The notes: generated by a model from the letters alone, not told the origin. 63,161 nucleotides of DNA, filler included, from Welwitschia mirabilis (GCA_051453625.1; 6 parts of one record of this genome joined end to end with filler, not necessarily neighbours in it); one strand, 5' to 3'. Shown: positions 15,587 through 28,066, counted from the whole stretch's first letter. Numbers and translations: made by a program.

Positions 15587-16689
15587 TGTTGTAATGCTAA
15601 CTTAAGTGTATTTAATAGGGTATTTTGAGTTGTTTTGCAGATAAGCTAACAGATAAATGCCTAGTTTCTATGATAATTGAGAATCCAAGAACACAAGACG
15701 AAAACATGCAGTTTATCAGATAATTCATGAGGATTTCCTATAGATATATATAAATTATATTTTCAAATGATTATTCCTGCAAACAACTAGATATCACACT
15801 GATAAAGGATGAATAGGAGACTGTCGTCCCCTATGTCATTCAGATGATAGTCAGGACAACAACCTTAATTGGATAGATGACAGACTTAATTCTAGATAGG
15901 TTGCAGTTGAAGTGAAGATCTTTTCATCAGACTCCATTGTCTACCTCATCGTCCAGACGATACCAGTGGATGACATCTTCAGAACTAGTTAACAGGACTT
16001 TGCATGAAGATCACATATAGTTGAACTGGAAGCAAACTAGATAACTCATTGTAAATCCTTGTTGTCTCTGCCATTTTCCGGATGATAACCTAGACGACAC
16101 TATTATCCCACACTTTCACAGATTGTATTCCCGAGTTGTCGCTTGTTAATTGCGACTTTCCCTTTCATTATATCTAGAGTTTATCTTATGTTTTTTTGTT
16201 AGTCCCTTTTCCCCTTTCTGTCTATAAATAAAGGTCTCCCCCTCGATCGCTAATCATCTTCGATAGTATCTGACATTCTCATGACAGGAGATCTTGGGAC
16301 TGGAGAATCATCTTGTAATCCAGAGAGACATTACCTTAGTGTTGGATGGCGTATCCTTCATTGAGGAATGGCTACTTTGTGATACAGATGTTTTTTTACA
16401 CTTTTAATATGAATTACTCTTTTTGTTAACAATTGTAAGAACTTATCCCTCATAGTTTATGTTGTTCTAGATTCATGACAGGTTTCTTTAATTATATAGA
16501 TTATGAGNNNNNNNNNNNNNNNNNNNNNNNNNNNNNNNNNNNNNNNNNNNNTTAATTAATTAANNNNNNNNNNNNNNNNNNNNNNNNNNNNNNNNNNNNN
16601 NNNNNNNGCATGTTGTATTTTGCATCTTATTTATAATTAACAGGATTGAAATTGAAACGTGAACTATTGCACAAATACATACCACAACA
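15587..16689 (+). mobile_element. Athila-family LTR, probably solo, with 5-bp TSD
   Basis: TGTTG...CAACA termini. GTTCT flanks both sides (15582-15586 and 16690-16694). Copy A has the empty site (caatttagtaggttctctaac, ~4001-4021). Homologous to the LTR at 32328-33982. Contains the assembly gap 16508-16607. Confidence 0.9.
16508..16607. other. Assembly gap with artificial linker (44N-TTAATTAATTAA-44N); same linker at 28324, 57324, 60275 and 61709
   Basis: Identical palindromic 12-mer with stops in all six frames, centred in 100-nt N runs, five times. Confidence 0.95.
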
Positions 16690-18910
16690 GTTCTCTAACT
16701 AAAGAAGCTAATAACACCTAGATGACATCAAAGTACTTGGTTATAGTTTACTCTTCAAGATGTTCATGATGATGAGAAGGAGAAAATTAAAACTAGACAT
16801 GGCTCACATAATGATGACTGTGAGGAGGAGCTTCACTTGACCTTTGATGATAAGCCAACATCATTTTAAATTAACTTTTAACATAATCACTAGATAAAAT
16901 TCATTTAAGAAGAATTTATTAGTCTTGTTAAAAATGGTAGAATTTTTGTTAAGATGCATAACATTATCTAACAAATGAAATTTTTGCAAAAAGTATAACG
17001 TGAATAATAACCTTAAGTGACATAAGTCTTAGCTTATTGCTATAGGCCTATGATAGAAGAAATGATTTAATTACAATAAAGTATCCATACCAATAATAAA
17101 TGGGCTACAATTACAACATTTAGTATCTTAGTAGCACAAAAAGAATGGAAGATTTATTAATTGGACATAAACACTTATCTTTCTCCATTAACATCTAAAA
17201 CTAAAAAAATATATATGATTTAATCAAAGGGATTCAAAGAAAAAAGAAAAGAACATAAGATGTATACATTAATCAAGTCTCTATATAATCTAAAATAAGC
17301 ATCAAAATTTTGGTATACTAATCTTGAAAAGTTTTTAAGTTTTATTGGATTTAGATTATATGATTATTAATATGTAGATGTCACATTATTCATAAAATCT
17401 AATGCGTATAAATCTACATGCATAGTGGTATATGCAGATGTTATGATAATACCAAAAGTAATGAAGAACATATAAAAGAATGAAGATTACCTTAAGTAAG
17501 GCATTTAAGATTTCTGATCTTGGATTAGCTAGATTTTACTTAGGTATAAAAATTATTTAGCATAAGGATGAAATATTCTTAACATAAAATAAGTACATAT
17601 AAGTACATCAAATATTTAGTCTAGAAGTCTAGACAAAAAAATGTAAAGAAGTTGTAATACCTTTAGAGAAGAATATCAAGATATCTATTGATGAAGACTC
17701 ATAGCCTACAAATAAAACTAAATACAAAATAATAGTAGGGAGTTTGATTTATTTAATCAATACTACATTAGACATATCATATGTTATTAGTGTATTATCA
17801 AGATATCTTCATGTGCCTAACATAACTCATCTAAATCCTATAAAGAGAGTACTAAAATATCTAAAAAAGGCTAGAGATTTAGTCTAACCTATAATAAAAA
17901 CTTCAAATTTTTTCTAGAGGCATACTCTAATTCTAATTTCACTAAAAAAATTTATACCTCATTGTCAACATTAGGATATATCATATTCTTAGGGTCATTG
18001 ACCCTGTCATCTTGGTGGTCAAAGTGTTAAAAACCTATAGTTCTATATTCTGCTAAGATAGAATATACAACTACTCTTAGGACATGTAGAAAATTTGAAT
18101 GGTTAAGAAAATTGTTGAAAGTAATGAACTTAAAACAAACTAAGATAATATATCTCTCCATTAATGATTAGTCAACAATTTGTATAGAAAAAGATATAGT
18201 GCACTAGAATGGGATAAAAATCGTTCATGTTGGATTCCATAAAATTAGAAAACTCATACAAAATAACATTATTATGCATATATACTATCTCATCATAGAG
18301 TAAACTACTAATATCCTTACTAAATCACTTGGTCAAGAGAAGTTCTAGTACTTGTAATCCAAAATGGATTTGATAATGAGTTAATATAAGCTCATTTTTT
18401 ATCTTGCAGATTATGGAATTTATTTAAATTTTGGATCTCTATTCAAGATCACTCTTGATCCTAGTACTACATGATGTGTAGTATAATTTTAACCTAGTAC
18501 TATGAATGTGTGATATAGTCTTAGCAAAGAATTACTAGATATGTAATGCATATGATAGTTCTATATGATATGAGACATATATTAGTAAATTAACTACCTC
18601 TTTAACAAAGTAGTTTTCTTCACATGAAAACTTCTTTAATGATATTTTATTACAAGCCACATTCCTAAGGGTTTTGTTTGGGTACTATGGTTTAACCTTA
18701 GAAGAAAGCATATTTTTCTGTTAAGGAGGAATTACTAAGGCTTGTGTGTGAACCATGGTTATACGCCTAGTAGAACATGCAAATACTAATGAAACCCTAA
18801 TAGTGTGCTTGTCTTTAAAAGAAAACCCTTCATTGTAATAAGTAATATGAAGAAATAAAAATTTTATTTTGGTAATTACTTTCTTCTGATTCTTTTTCAC
18901 CTATTTTTTA

Positions 18911-20329
18911 ATAGTTGGTAATTCCAACTTAAACTATAGCTAAGAAATCAAAAATCACGCTAATACCTAATGAACATAGTGAGGTTATCCCAACTAGGCT
19001 TGTTATGAAGTGGAAAATATGCATATATTATAGAAAACTTAATGCTATCACTAGAAAGGATCATTTTCCTCTTCCATTTTCTAACTAATCCTTGAATTAC
19101 TTGTTATCCATTTGTTTTATCTTCTTAGATGATTATTTAGGATATAATCAAATTGAGATTGCTTACAAAGATCAAGAAAAAGCACCCTTTAGTAGCTCTT
19201 AGAGTACATTTTCTTGTAAATGTATGTTATCCAGTATTTGTAATGCACAAATCACCTTTAACATTATATGACATTTTTCACTCTTATGTCAGAAACTTTA
19301 TGAATGACTTTTTAGTTTATAAAACTTTATATGATCCATGTCTTCATAATCTTGAAAACTTTTTCTTGCAATGCATAGAAAAGTGCTTTGTTTTAAATTG
19401 GAAAAAGTGCAATTTTATGGGTAGGAAGATAATTAGGATATATCATTCCTAAGCATGATATTTAAGTAGATCTTTTTAAACTTTCCTTGATCACTTATAT
19501 TTTCGTTCCTCCAAAAGTAAAAAACATTAGATATTATTTGAATATGCTAGATAGTATAGAAGATTCATTCAAAACTTTAGCAAAATTTTCAAACCACTTT
19601 CCAATTTCCTTAGTAAAAATGTAATTTTTTAATAGACAAAATAATGCTAATAAACTTTTGATGAACTTTACAAAAACGTAGTACCTACAACTATTATTTT
19701 ATTACCTAATTGATCCCTACCCTTTGAGATTATGTTTGATGCTAGTAATTATGCTATTAGTGTTGGCTTAGGACAAAGAGTTAAAAAGGAACCTAGGATT
19801 AGCTACTATGATAGAAAAAATTTAAGTAATGCTCAACTAAACTATACTATCATCAAAAGAGAACTCATTATTATAATTTTTCCCTCAGAGGAGTTTAGTT
19901 AATACCTCAAAGTAATTATTTACACTAATCATTTATACTTGAGATACATTTTTGCTAAAAGCAATTTCAAACCAAAACTTATCTAATGGATTCCACTCTT
20001 GCGAGAGTTTGATTTGTAAGTTAGAGATAAGAAAAGGTTTGATAATGTAGTTGTTGATCATCTATTTTGAATTCCTCAAAATGTTTTACTTGTTTCTAAT
20101 GTTATCAATAACTCTTTTCCTAATGAACATCTCTTTTTGATTTCTAAAACTCCATGGCGTGGTAATATTTCCAATTTCTTATTTTTCAAAATCATGTCTT
20201 CCTATTAGTTCATTAATAGAACAAAATTTAAGTTAAATATTTATTTTGAGATGATTCGTATCTTTTCAAATGTTGTTATAAACAAATCACTAGGATATGC
20301 ATACCTTAATATGGAATTCATGGTGTTAT
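18911..20329 (+). pseudogene. Decayed Athila-type pol, copy B (RT, RNase H, start of integrase), cut by the insertion at 20330
   Basis: Collinear with 6263-~7670. NEHSEVIPTRLVMKWKICIYYRKLN at ~18968, FMNDF at ~19297, VLNWKKCNFM in ORF 19153. Homology to copy A stops abruptly at 20329. Confidence 0.9.
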
Positions 20330-20502
20330 TATAAGAACTAGTTTTACAAGTAAAATCGTTGATCTTGCATTAATACCAAAATGTAAAACTCGCTTTAATA
20401 ATTGAAAATATTCTATATGATGCTTCAATATAAAAATGTAAGATTCACTTTTTCCTAAACAAAAACTTCACATAATGCTTTGATAGCAAAGTGTAGATCC
20501 AC
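20330..20502 (-). repeat. Same PBS/LTR-end tandem array in the 3' LTR
   Basis: gcattaatacca (20367), gcttcaatataa (20422) and gctttgatagca (20477), each followed by TGTA at 20382, 20437 and 20492; period 52-55 bp. Confidence 0.7.
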
Positions 20503-23500
20503 TTAAAAGTTTCAAATTTGTACTTGTATATAACTTATAAAAGAGAAAAATTTAATTAAGATATTAAATAACTAGTTAATTTATTTAGGTAGTTTTATAG
20601 AAGAAAACAATAGTGAGCTCATGAAATTTTGCCTAAAGGAATCCATGTATTTTAACAAGAATCTAGGAGTCAAGGTTCTTAGGATTTAAGTGATTAAAAA
20701 AGGGCATCAAGAATATGCAAGAGTATGATCTAGAGCAATATGAGTGCTTCAAAAGAGACTGAGTGGGATCCATAACTTATAAGAGAAGACTAATGATAGA
20801 TGATTAAATAAATGATAACGGTCATGCATTGGAATAAAATTTAGCTACAGATAACAAATCAAAATAAACTAAATCATCAAAGTGATATTAATTCAAGGCC
20901 ATAACATATAATAGAGGTGGCCATAGTAGTTACATCTTCTTTTAAAATCTTCAATCATTAACCAACATCCCCCTTTCTTATTATCATTTCAAGTTGGCCC
21001 ATCATTACCTTAACAATCACCCTTAAGAATTCATAATATGAGAAGCAGTGAGCTATTAATTAAGTCAAGAAGAATTCTATTAATGGTTTGAATAATTATG
21101 ATAGGGCCAATCCTACTAAATGTTTCATAAAAGATGATTTATGATTATATGATTTGAAGGTCCAAAAATATTTTTATCAAGAAATTATATTTTATGAAAG
21201 TCTTAAGCTTTTATTAGGAAGGAAGACATATTAAATTTTATTCACTAGTTTCTTTAATGTAGCTCATAGACTCCATCCTCATTTTCAAGCACTGGAATTT
21301 CCTCTCAAATCTCCTAAACCTTTTAAAGGAAGAGAGTAAGGTTTATAAAGTATTACACATGCCACATGGAATTTTGTGTGGGCCTTACTAATCCAAAGCT
21401 TTAACCATATCCCACCTTCTTATTTAAAGCTGTCCGTTCTTTTTAATAAAATTTCATGGTGGTTCCTCTTTTCTATGCGAAACATGCACCCCTCATTTTA
21501 TAATGTTATATCAATATATAATAATAAATGTCACGTGGGCCCAGCTATTTCCCAATGCTTCTTCCATGTCACACAAGCTCATTACCTCCTTTTATCACGT
21601 GGGTGTTACCTTGCTTTAATGTTATTACAATATTATTAAATGTCATAGGAAAATGAAGGAAAGTCAGAGTTAAGAATTCACTGATATAAATGATTAATCA
21701 AGTATTCTTTAATCCTAAAGAAGATCAGCTTTGGTGAACGTTAAAGTTGAAAAGTGTAAAAATTCAGGTAATGACATTTTATTATTTATGAAAGCTTCCT
21801 CACATGGTTCCTTCATGCGAGCCCCCTTTTGGACATGCAATTCCACTTCAACGCCAGTTCATTTTATATCTATATTGTTAAAGAATTAAAAAGGTGTTGC
21901 ATAAAAGAAATATTAAATAACATTAAGAATAGTTTTCCTTGAAACATCAAATAGATGTCAAAACCATTGAGTACCCTAGGAGATAACCAAACTAAGAGTA
22001 AAATAATCATTACCATTAACAAATAAAATCAAGAAATAAATAAGCATTATAATTTATTTGTTCAAGCTCAAGAGAAATGTTAAAACCTGAAAGGAAGAAA
22101 AGATTTCACATATAAGGTTTAATGAAGAGAAAATAAATAAACATCAAAATATGCATCCACCCCTTAAAATCATAGATATAAAATGTTAATTCTTGAGATG
22201 AATAGAGAAATAGCAAGGAGTTTTCAAGTGTGAGTAATTAAAGATTAAGCCAAATAAATATCATCTTTTATTCAACAAGGCATCTGAGAGACATTAAATT
22301 TTTTATAAATTACAAGGTATAACTATATTCAAATACAATTTCATAAGCCAATACATTAATAGTCAAAACAAATAATCATTACACTAGTTTCTAAGTACAA
22401 CCAAATTTTCTTTAGCAAACAACAAAGTAAGTTTTCTAGGAAACTGCATATTTTAACATCAACCAAGTTAAAGCAATAAGTTTATTTTCCTTCAAATTCC
22501 AAGTTATTTGCAGCACCTACACAAAAGAGTATGATATGAAAACTACGAAATCACCATAGTTTTGAGTATGGCCCAAGTAGGGTGAAAGGAAGGTATTCAA
22601 AAGGAAGGTAATCAAACCTTAAAAGATATAGCCAAGGCATGATGTAAGATAATACACATGAAATAAATTCAATACTAGAGTATGTTAATACAAGAATAAA
22701 ACTTTGGGATTCAGAAGTAACACATAATAATATTCCAAGTTTCAGTAGCCCAAAAATGTACTATTAAAGTTTCAATAATCCAAGAATGCATTATCAAAAG
22801 GATGTCAAAATGGCCATATGTCTAGAGGTTCATTCCTATGACCAATAGGAATAGTTCAGATGGGATAAATCCTTTGAAGCCACATAGACATCTTGCAATA
22901 CATAACTAGATGGGCCATAAACATACTCCAATTACCTTGTTTATTCTAATAGTTCACTCCCATGGATAATGATATCACCACCAGATGGCCTAGCCCTTGA
23001 AGCCATAAAGTTTTGTTCCCTTGCCAATTTTATTTCATTTTATTTTATAACCATAAAATTAGATTTAGAATAAAGATATTACATGAATCAGAAGAGACTT
23101 ACAAGATCAAATAAGATAACAAGAAAAGGCCATGAAATAATACAAAAAATGTAAGAATTCCTTGATACCATACCTAAACTTTAAAGTTTGGATTTGTAAG
23201 TTTCAACAATGCTATTCCTCAAGCTTCCAAGACTTCAAGATAGATCTCCATAAGAAATTCAAAGGGCAGAGGGTTTTTTTCCCTAAAGAATTGAATCTAA
23301 GAAAAGGATCCTATTTGTAATAACTCAAAAGAAATGTTGAATTTCAAGAGTTACACAACCCACTACCACCTTTATAAAATAGTTTGATTCCACTCCCCTA
23401 TTCCACTTCACACTTGATCACTACGAGTAAAAAATAATAACAATGCTTGCCATAAATAGTAAACAATAAATGAGAACATTAGCAATGATAATAGAATATT

Positions 23501-23849
23501 CTATGACCATGATAGCACATACAAGCCAAAATATTCTTTGACACTTATTAGAAATAAAGAAGAATAAAATAAATTCAAACGTTAAGCATCTTCATTTATT
23601 ACAATACTTACAAATTCATAACTCATTGGAATTTTCTAAAATTAACAATTAGATGAATAAAGGTAAAGCATTAATTAAAACTGTTACACAAGAGAAACTA
23701 GTAAAAATAATAATTATGAGACTATTAGTTAGTTATAGAAGGGAAAATTAAAATAATATATTAGCCTTATAAAATTTTATATTTTTTTAACTTATTTATC
23801 AATACATTTTGAACTTAATTCTTGATTATTAAAAATTTGGAACATGACA
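20330..23849 (-). repeat. 3' LTR of the gag-only element (~3.5 kb)
   Basis: Direct repeat of 24728-28066. Adjacent to the PPT at 23850-23863. Plus-strand termini are TATAAG (decayed TGTAAG) and TGACA. Confidence 0.85.
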
Positions 23850-23949
23850 TTTCTCCCCTCCTTAAGAAGTTTACTTACGAAAACTTAAAATTAGTTCATG
23901 TTTCTACTGCAAAATATTTTATCTTCTTAAGCTATTCTAATTTTACTTA

Positions 23950-24608
23950 TTCCCATGGTAGTATTATAATAGTATCTTACAACTTGTATCTAATTCCTTC
24001 TTCTAGAGATAATTAAGTAATTGAATCTTTAAAAATTATAAAGGCACTTGAAATTATTACTTGCAATTACTCAAAAGATTGAAAAACTCTTTTATCAAAG
24101 TTTTACTTTTGTTTGATGAAATAATTATTAAATAAAAATAAAAGAATTTTAGCAACTTCATGCTTAACTAATCATTTCATAAGTGTTGGAAATAATTATT
24201 AAATAAAATTTTTGAAAAATTTTAAGATGTATCTACCTCTAAATATTCTTTCAAATTCTTCCCATGTCATAAGTGTTGGAAATGATTTCAAAGTTTTTTT
24301 GCATCCCACCATAAAGTTGCTCCTTTAATAAGTTAATGGATTGTTAATATGGCCTTCTATTCTATAGTAAAATTAAATAATTCTAATTCCCTTGATATAA
24401 AAATCAACCATGCTTCTACATCTACTGTATTATCAATACCTTTAAAAGTTGAAGGATTTGTCCTCTTAAATTGCATTATCTTTTTCCTGAGAGAGTTGTC
24501 ATCTTTCTTATCATTGCTTTTCTCATGAAGTTCACCCACTAAGTTGTTAACTACATTCAGTAATGTTGTAACTTCAGTTGGTTGTTTTACTACTCTTCTT
24601 GGGGTCAT
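23950..24608 (-). pseudogene. Retrotransposon gag remnant (Tekay/Del-like)
   Basis: ORF 24357-24608 ...FKRTNPSTFKGIDNTVDVEAWL..., continuing as KGATLWWDA (~24330-24301) and MTWEEFERIFRGRYI (~24270), typical chromovirus gag motifs. The 3' limit is approximate. Confidence 0.8.
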
Positions 24609-24713
24609 ATTAATCTTGTAGAAATCAAACTACACACATCAGAAACCTAAGTTTTCATGTTAAAACTTATAACAACTTTAACAGTAGTCATGCCTAGTGA
24701 AATTACAACCTAG

Positions 24714-24901
24714 GATCTAATTCCAAATATAAGACTAGTTTTTAAAAATAAAAAAATTTAATCTTACTCTGATACCAAAATGTAAAACTCACTCTAATAA
24801 CCAAAAATCTTCTATATGATGCTCTAAAATCAAAATGTAAGGCTCACTTTTTCATAAATGGAAAACTTCACATAATGATTTGATACAAAGTGTAGATCCA
24901 C
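24714..24901 (-). repeat. Tandem ~55-bp units, each an LTR terminus plus a tRNA-Met PBS-like motif
   Basis: Plus-strand GCTCTGATACCA-like 12-mers at 24714, 24766, 24821 and 24877, each followed after 2-3 nt by TGTA/TATA (24728, 24781, 24836, 24891). The 24767-24777 copy is a perfect TGGTATCAGAG on the minus strand. Confidence 0.75.
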
Positions 24902-27900
24902 TTAAAAGCTTTAAATTAATGCTAAGATATAATTTATAAAAGAGACAAATTTAATTAAGATATTAAATAATTACTTAATTTATTTACGTAATTTTATAAA
25001 AGAAAATAATGATGAGATCATAAAATTTTGCCTAAAGGAATCCATTTATTTTCACAAAAATATAAGAGCCAAAGTTCTTAAGATTTAAATATTAAAAAAG
25101 GGCATTAAGAATACACAAGAGTATGATCTACAGTAGTATAAGTACTTTAAAAATACTAAGTGGGATCCATGACTTATATAGAAGAATAATAATAGATGAT
25201 TAAAGAAATGGTAATGGCCGTGCATTAGAATAAAATTTTGCTAAAGATTGAAAAACAAAATAAACTAAATCATCAAAGTGATATTAATTCAAGGTTATAC
25301 CTTAAAATATAGGTGGCCATAATAGTTACATCTTCCTTCAAAATCTTCAATTATTGACCAACATCTCCCTTTCTTATTATCATTTCAAGTTGACCCACCA
25401 TTTCCTCAACAATCACCCTTAAGAAGTTATAATATAAGAAGGAGTGGGCTATTAATTAAATCAAGAAGAATTCTATTATAAATTTAAATAATTATTATAG
25501 GATCAATCCTGTTATATGTTGCATAAAAGATGATTTATGATTGTATGATTTGAAGCCCAAAAAATTTTTTTTTTATGAAGGAATTATATTTTATAAAAGA
25601 CCTAAGCTTTTACTAAGGAGGAAGGCATATTAAATTCTATTTACTAGTTTTTGTACTATGGCTTATGGACCTAATCCCCATTTTCAAGATCTATAATTTC
25701 CTCTCGAATCTCCTTCACCTTTTATAGGAATAGCATAAGGTTTATAAATCATTGCACATGCCATGTGGAATTTTGTGTAGGCCCTACTACTCTAAAGTGT
25801 TAACCGCATCCCCACCTTCCTATTTTAAGTTGTCTAATCTTTTTTTTAAACAAAAATAAAAAATCACTACTTCTAAAATGCACCCTCTTCTTAATGTCTC
25901 AATGAACAAGGTAGTGGAGCTTATAAAATTTCATAACAGTTCCTCTTCCAAATGTAGGCCCCTGGTTGGTGTAGTGGTTNNNNNNNNNNTAAAAACCTGA
26001 TAGCTCAAGAGAGAGGTTTAGGGTTCAAGTCTCAAAAAATGTTCCACATGAAACATGCATCCCTTTATTTAAAACATTATGTTATTATATAATAATAAAT
26101 GCCTTGTGGACCTAGCTACTCCGTAATGCCTCTTCGACGTCAAACAAGCTCTGCCACCTCCCTCCATCATGTGAACATCGTCTTGCTTTAATGTTATTAC
26201 TATATTATTAAATTTCATGGGAAATGAAGGAAAGTTAGAGTTAAGAATCCACTGATCAAGTGTTCTTTAATCCTAGAGAAGATCAACTTTGGTGAATGTC
26301 AAAGATGAAAAGTGTAAAAATTCAAAGAATTAAAAAGGTGTTCATAAAAGAAATATTAAACAACATTAAAAATAGTTTTCCTTGAAACATTAAATAGACA
26401 TCACAACCATTGACTATCCCAAGAGATAAAAAAATTAAGAATGAAAAAAGTGTTACAGTTACCAAACCAAACTAAGAATGAGATAAGCATTATACTTAAA
26501 AAATAAAATCAAGAAATAAATATATATTAAAATATATCTATTAAATCTTAAGAGAAATGTTAAAACCTAAAAGAAAAGAAAGATTCACATACAAAGTTTA
26601 ATGAAGAGAAATTAAATAAACATCAAAATGTGAATCCATCCTTTAAAACATAAATTAAAAAAAAAAAATAAAATCTTGAGACAACTAGAGAAATAGCAAG
26701 GAGTTTCCAAGTGAAACTCATTAAAGATTAATCCAAATAAATATCATCTTTTATTTAATAAGGCATCTGAGAGACATTAATTTTTTTTACTAAACTACAA
26801 GTTACAACTATATTTAGATCCAATTTCATAAGCCATTACATTGACACTAAAAAAAAAAATAAACATTAAATTATTTTATAAGTATAGTCAAATGTTATTT
26901 AGCAAACAACATAAGTAAATTTTCTAAGAAGCCTTATATTTTAACATCAGGTCAAGTTATAACAACAAGTTTATTATCCTTTAGATCCCAAGTTATTTGT
27001 AGCACTTGCATAAAAGAGTATGAGATGAGAACTATGAAATCATCAGAGTCCCCAGTATGGTTCACGTAATGGAGGGTGACAAGAAAGATAATCAAACCTC
27101 AAATGATATAGCCAAGACATAATTTGAGATAGCACACATGAGATAGATCTAATACTAGACTATGTCAATACATGAATAAGACTTTGGGATTCATAAGTAA
27201 CATAGAATAGTATTCCAAGTTCCATTATCCTAAGAATGTATTATTGAAGTTTTAATAATCTAAGAATGAACTATCAAAAGAGCATTAAAATGCTCATTTA
27301 TCTAGAGGTCTATTCTTAGGGCTAATAGAAACTATTTAGATGGGATAAATCCTCTAAAGTTTCATAGACATCCTATCATACACAAGTAGAGAAGCTATAA
27401 ACATACTCCAATCACCATGTTTACTTTAACAGTGCACTGGCATGGCTACTGGGAGATCCTTAGGTAGCCTAATCTTGAAGCTATAAAATCTTATTACTTG
27501 ACAAAGTTTATTTATTCTTATTTTATAGAATAAAATTAGATTCATAACTAAGATATTACATGAATTAGAAGATATTTACAAGATCAAATAAGATAACAAG
27601 AAAAATTCATGAAATCATATAAAAAATGCAAGAATTTCTTGGTACCATGCCTAATTTTAAAGTTTAGATTTTCAAGCTTTAAGAATGCTATTTCTCAAGC
27701 TTCTAAGACTTCAAGATAGATCTCCACAAGGAAATTCAAGGCTAGAGGATTTTTCTCCCTAAGAATTAAATCTAAGGAAAAAACTCCTATTTATAAGAAC
27801 TAAAAGAAATGTTGAATTTTAAAAGTCACATAACCCACTACTATCTTTATAAAATAATTTTGATTTTACTTCCCTGCTCCATTTTACACTTAATCATTAG

Positions 27901-28066
27901 GAATAATAAAAAAAATGATGGTTGTCATAAGTAGTAAATAATAATTAAGAACATTAGTAGTAATAATAAGATATTCCATAACCATGATCATACTTACAAT
28001 TCAAAATATTCTTTGGCATTTACTAGAAATAAAGAAGAAGAAAATAAATCTGAACATTAAGCATAG
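24728..28066 (-). repeat. 5' LTR of the gag-only element (truncated at 28066)
   Basis: Collinear with 20330-~23590. Adjacent to the PBS at 24714-24725. Contains two small insertions absent from the other LTR (~25845-25922 and ~25955-26041). Confidence 0.85.
25955..26041 (+). mobile_element. Short tRNA-derived (SINE-like) insertion inside the LTR
   Basis: Absent from the sister LTR (~21462-21480). A-box TGGTGTAGTGG (~25967), B-box GGTTCAAGTC (~26022), short A run. Imperfect TSD ttcca(a/c)atg at 25946-25954 and 26042-26050. Contains a 10-N gap. Confidence 0.6.

Larger units (their letters stand above)
13411..18910 (+). mobile_element. Decayed Ty1/copia element, copy B (paralogue of 1755-6262), interrupted by an LTR at 15587-16689
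   Basis: Collinear with copy A throughout: aaaataagctatacc at ~1836 and ~13478, DNYGEYT at ~14868, same RNase H end, 3' region and putative LTR at ~18731-18910. Roughly 80% identity by eye. Confidence 0.9.
20330..28066 (-). mobile_element. Non-autonomous Ty3/gypsy chromovirus-like (Tekay/Del-like) element with ~3.5-kb LTRs and a ~0.9-kb gag-only interior
   Basis: Long direct repeats at 20330-23849 and 24728->28066. Minus-strand PPT AAGGAGGGGAGAAA then TGTCA at 23863-23845. Decayed tRNA-iMet PBS at 24714-24725. Interior encodes only gag. The outer end of the 5' LTR is lost at the LTR insertion at 28067 and the following gap. Confidence 0.85.

Noticed and set aside
16552-16563. Palindrome TTAATTAATTAA recurring five times
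   Set aside because: Always centred in 100-nt N runs; an artificial six-frame-stop scaffolding linker.
24714-24901. CRISPR array interpretation of the repeat-spacer pattern
   Set aside because: Plant TE context, no cas genes, degenerate repeats explained as PBS/LTR ends, and partly related spacers.
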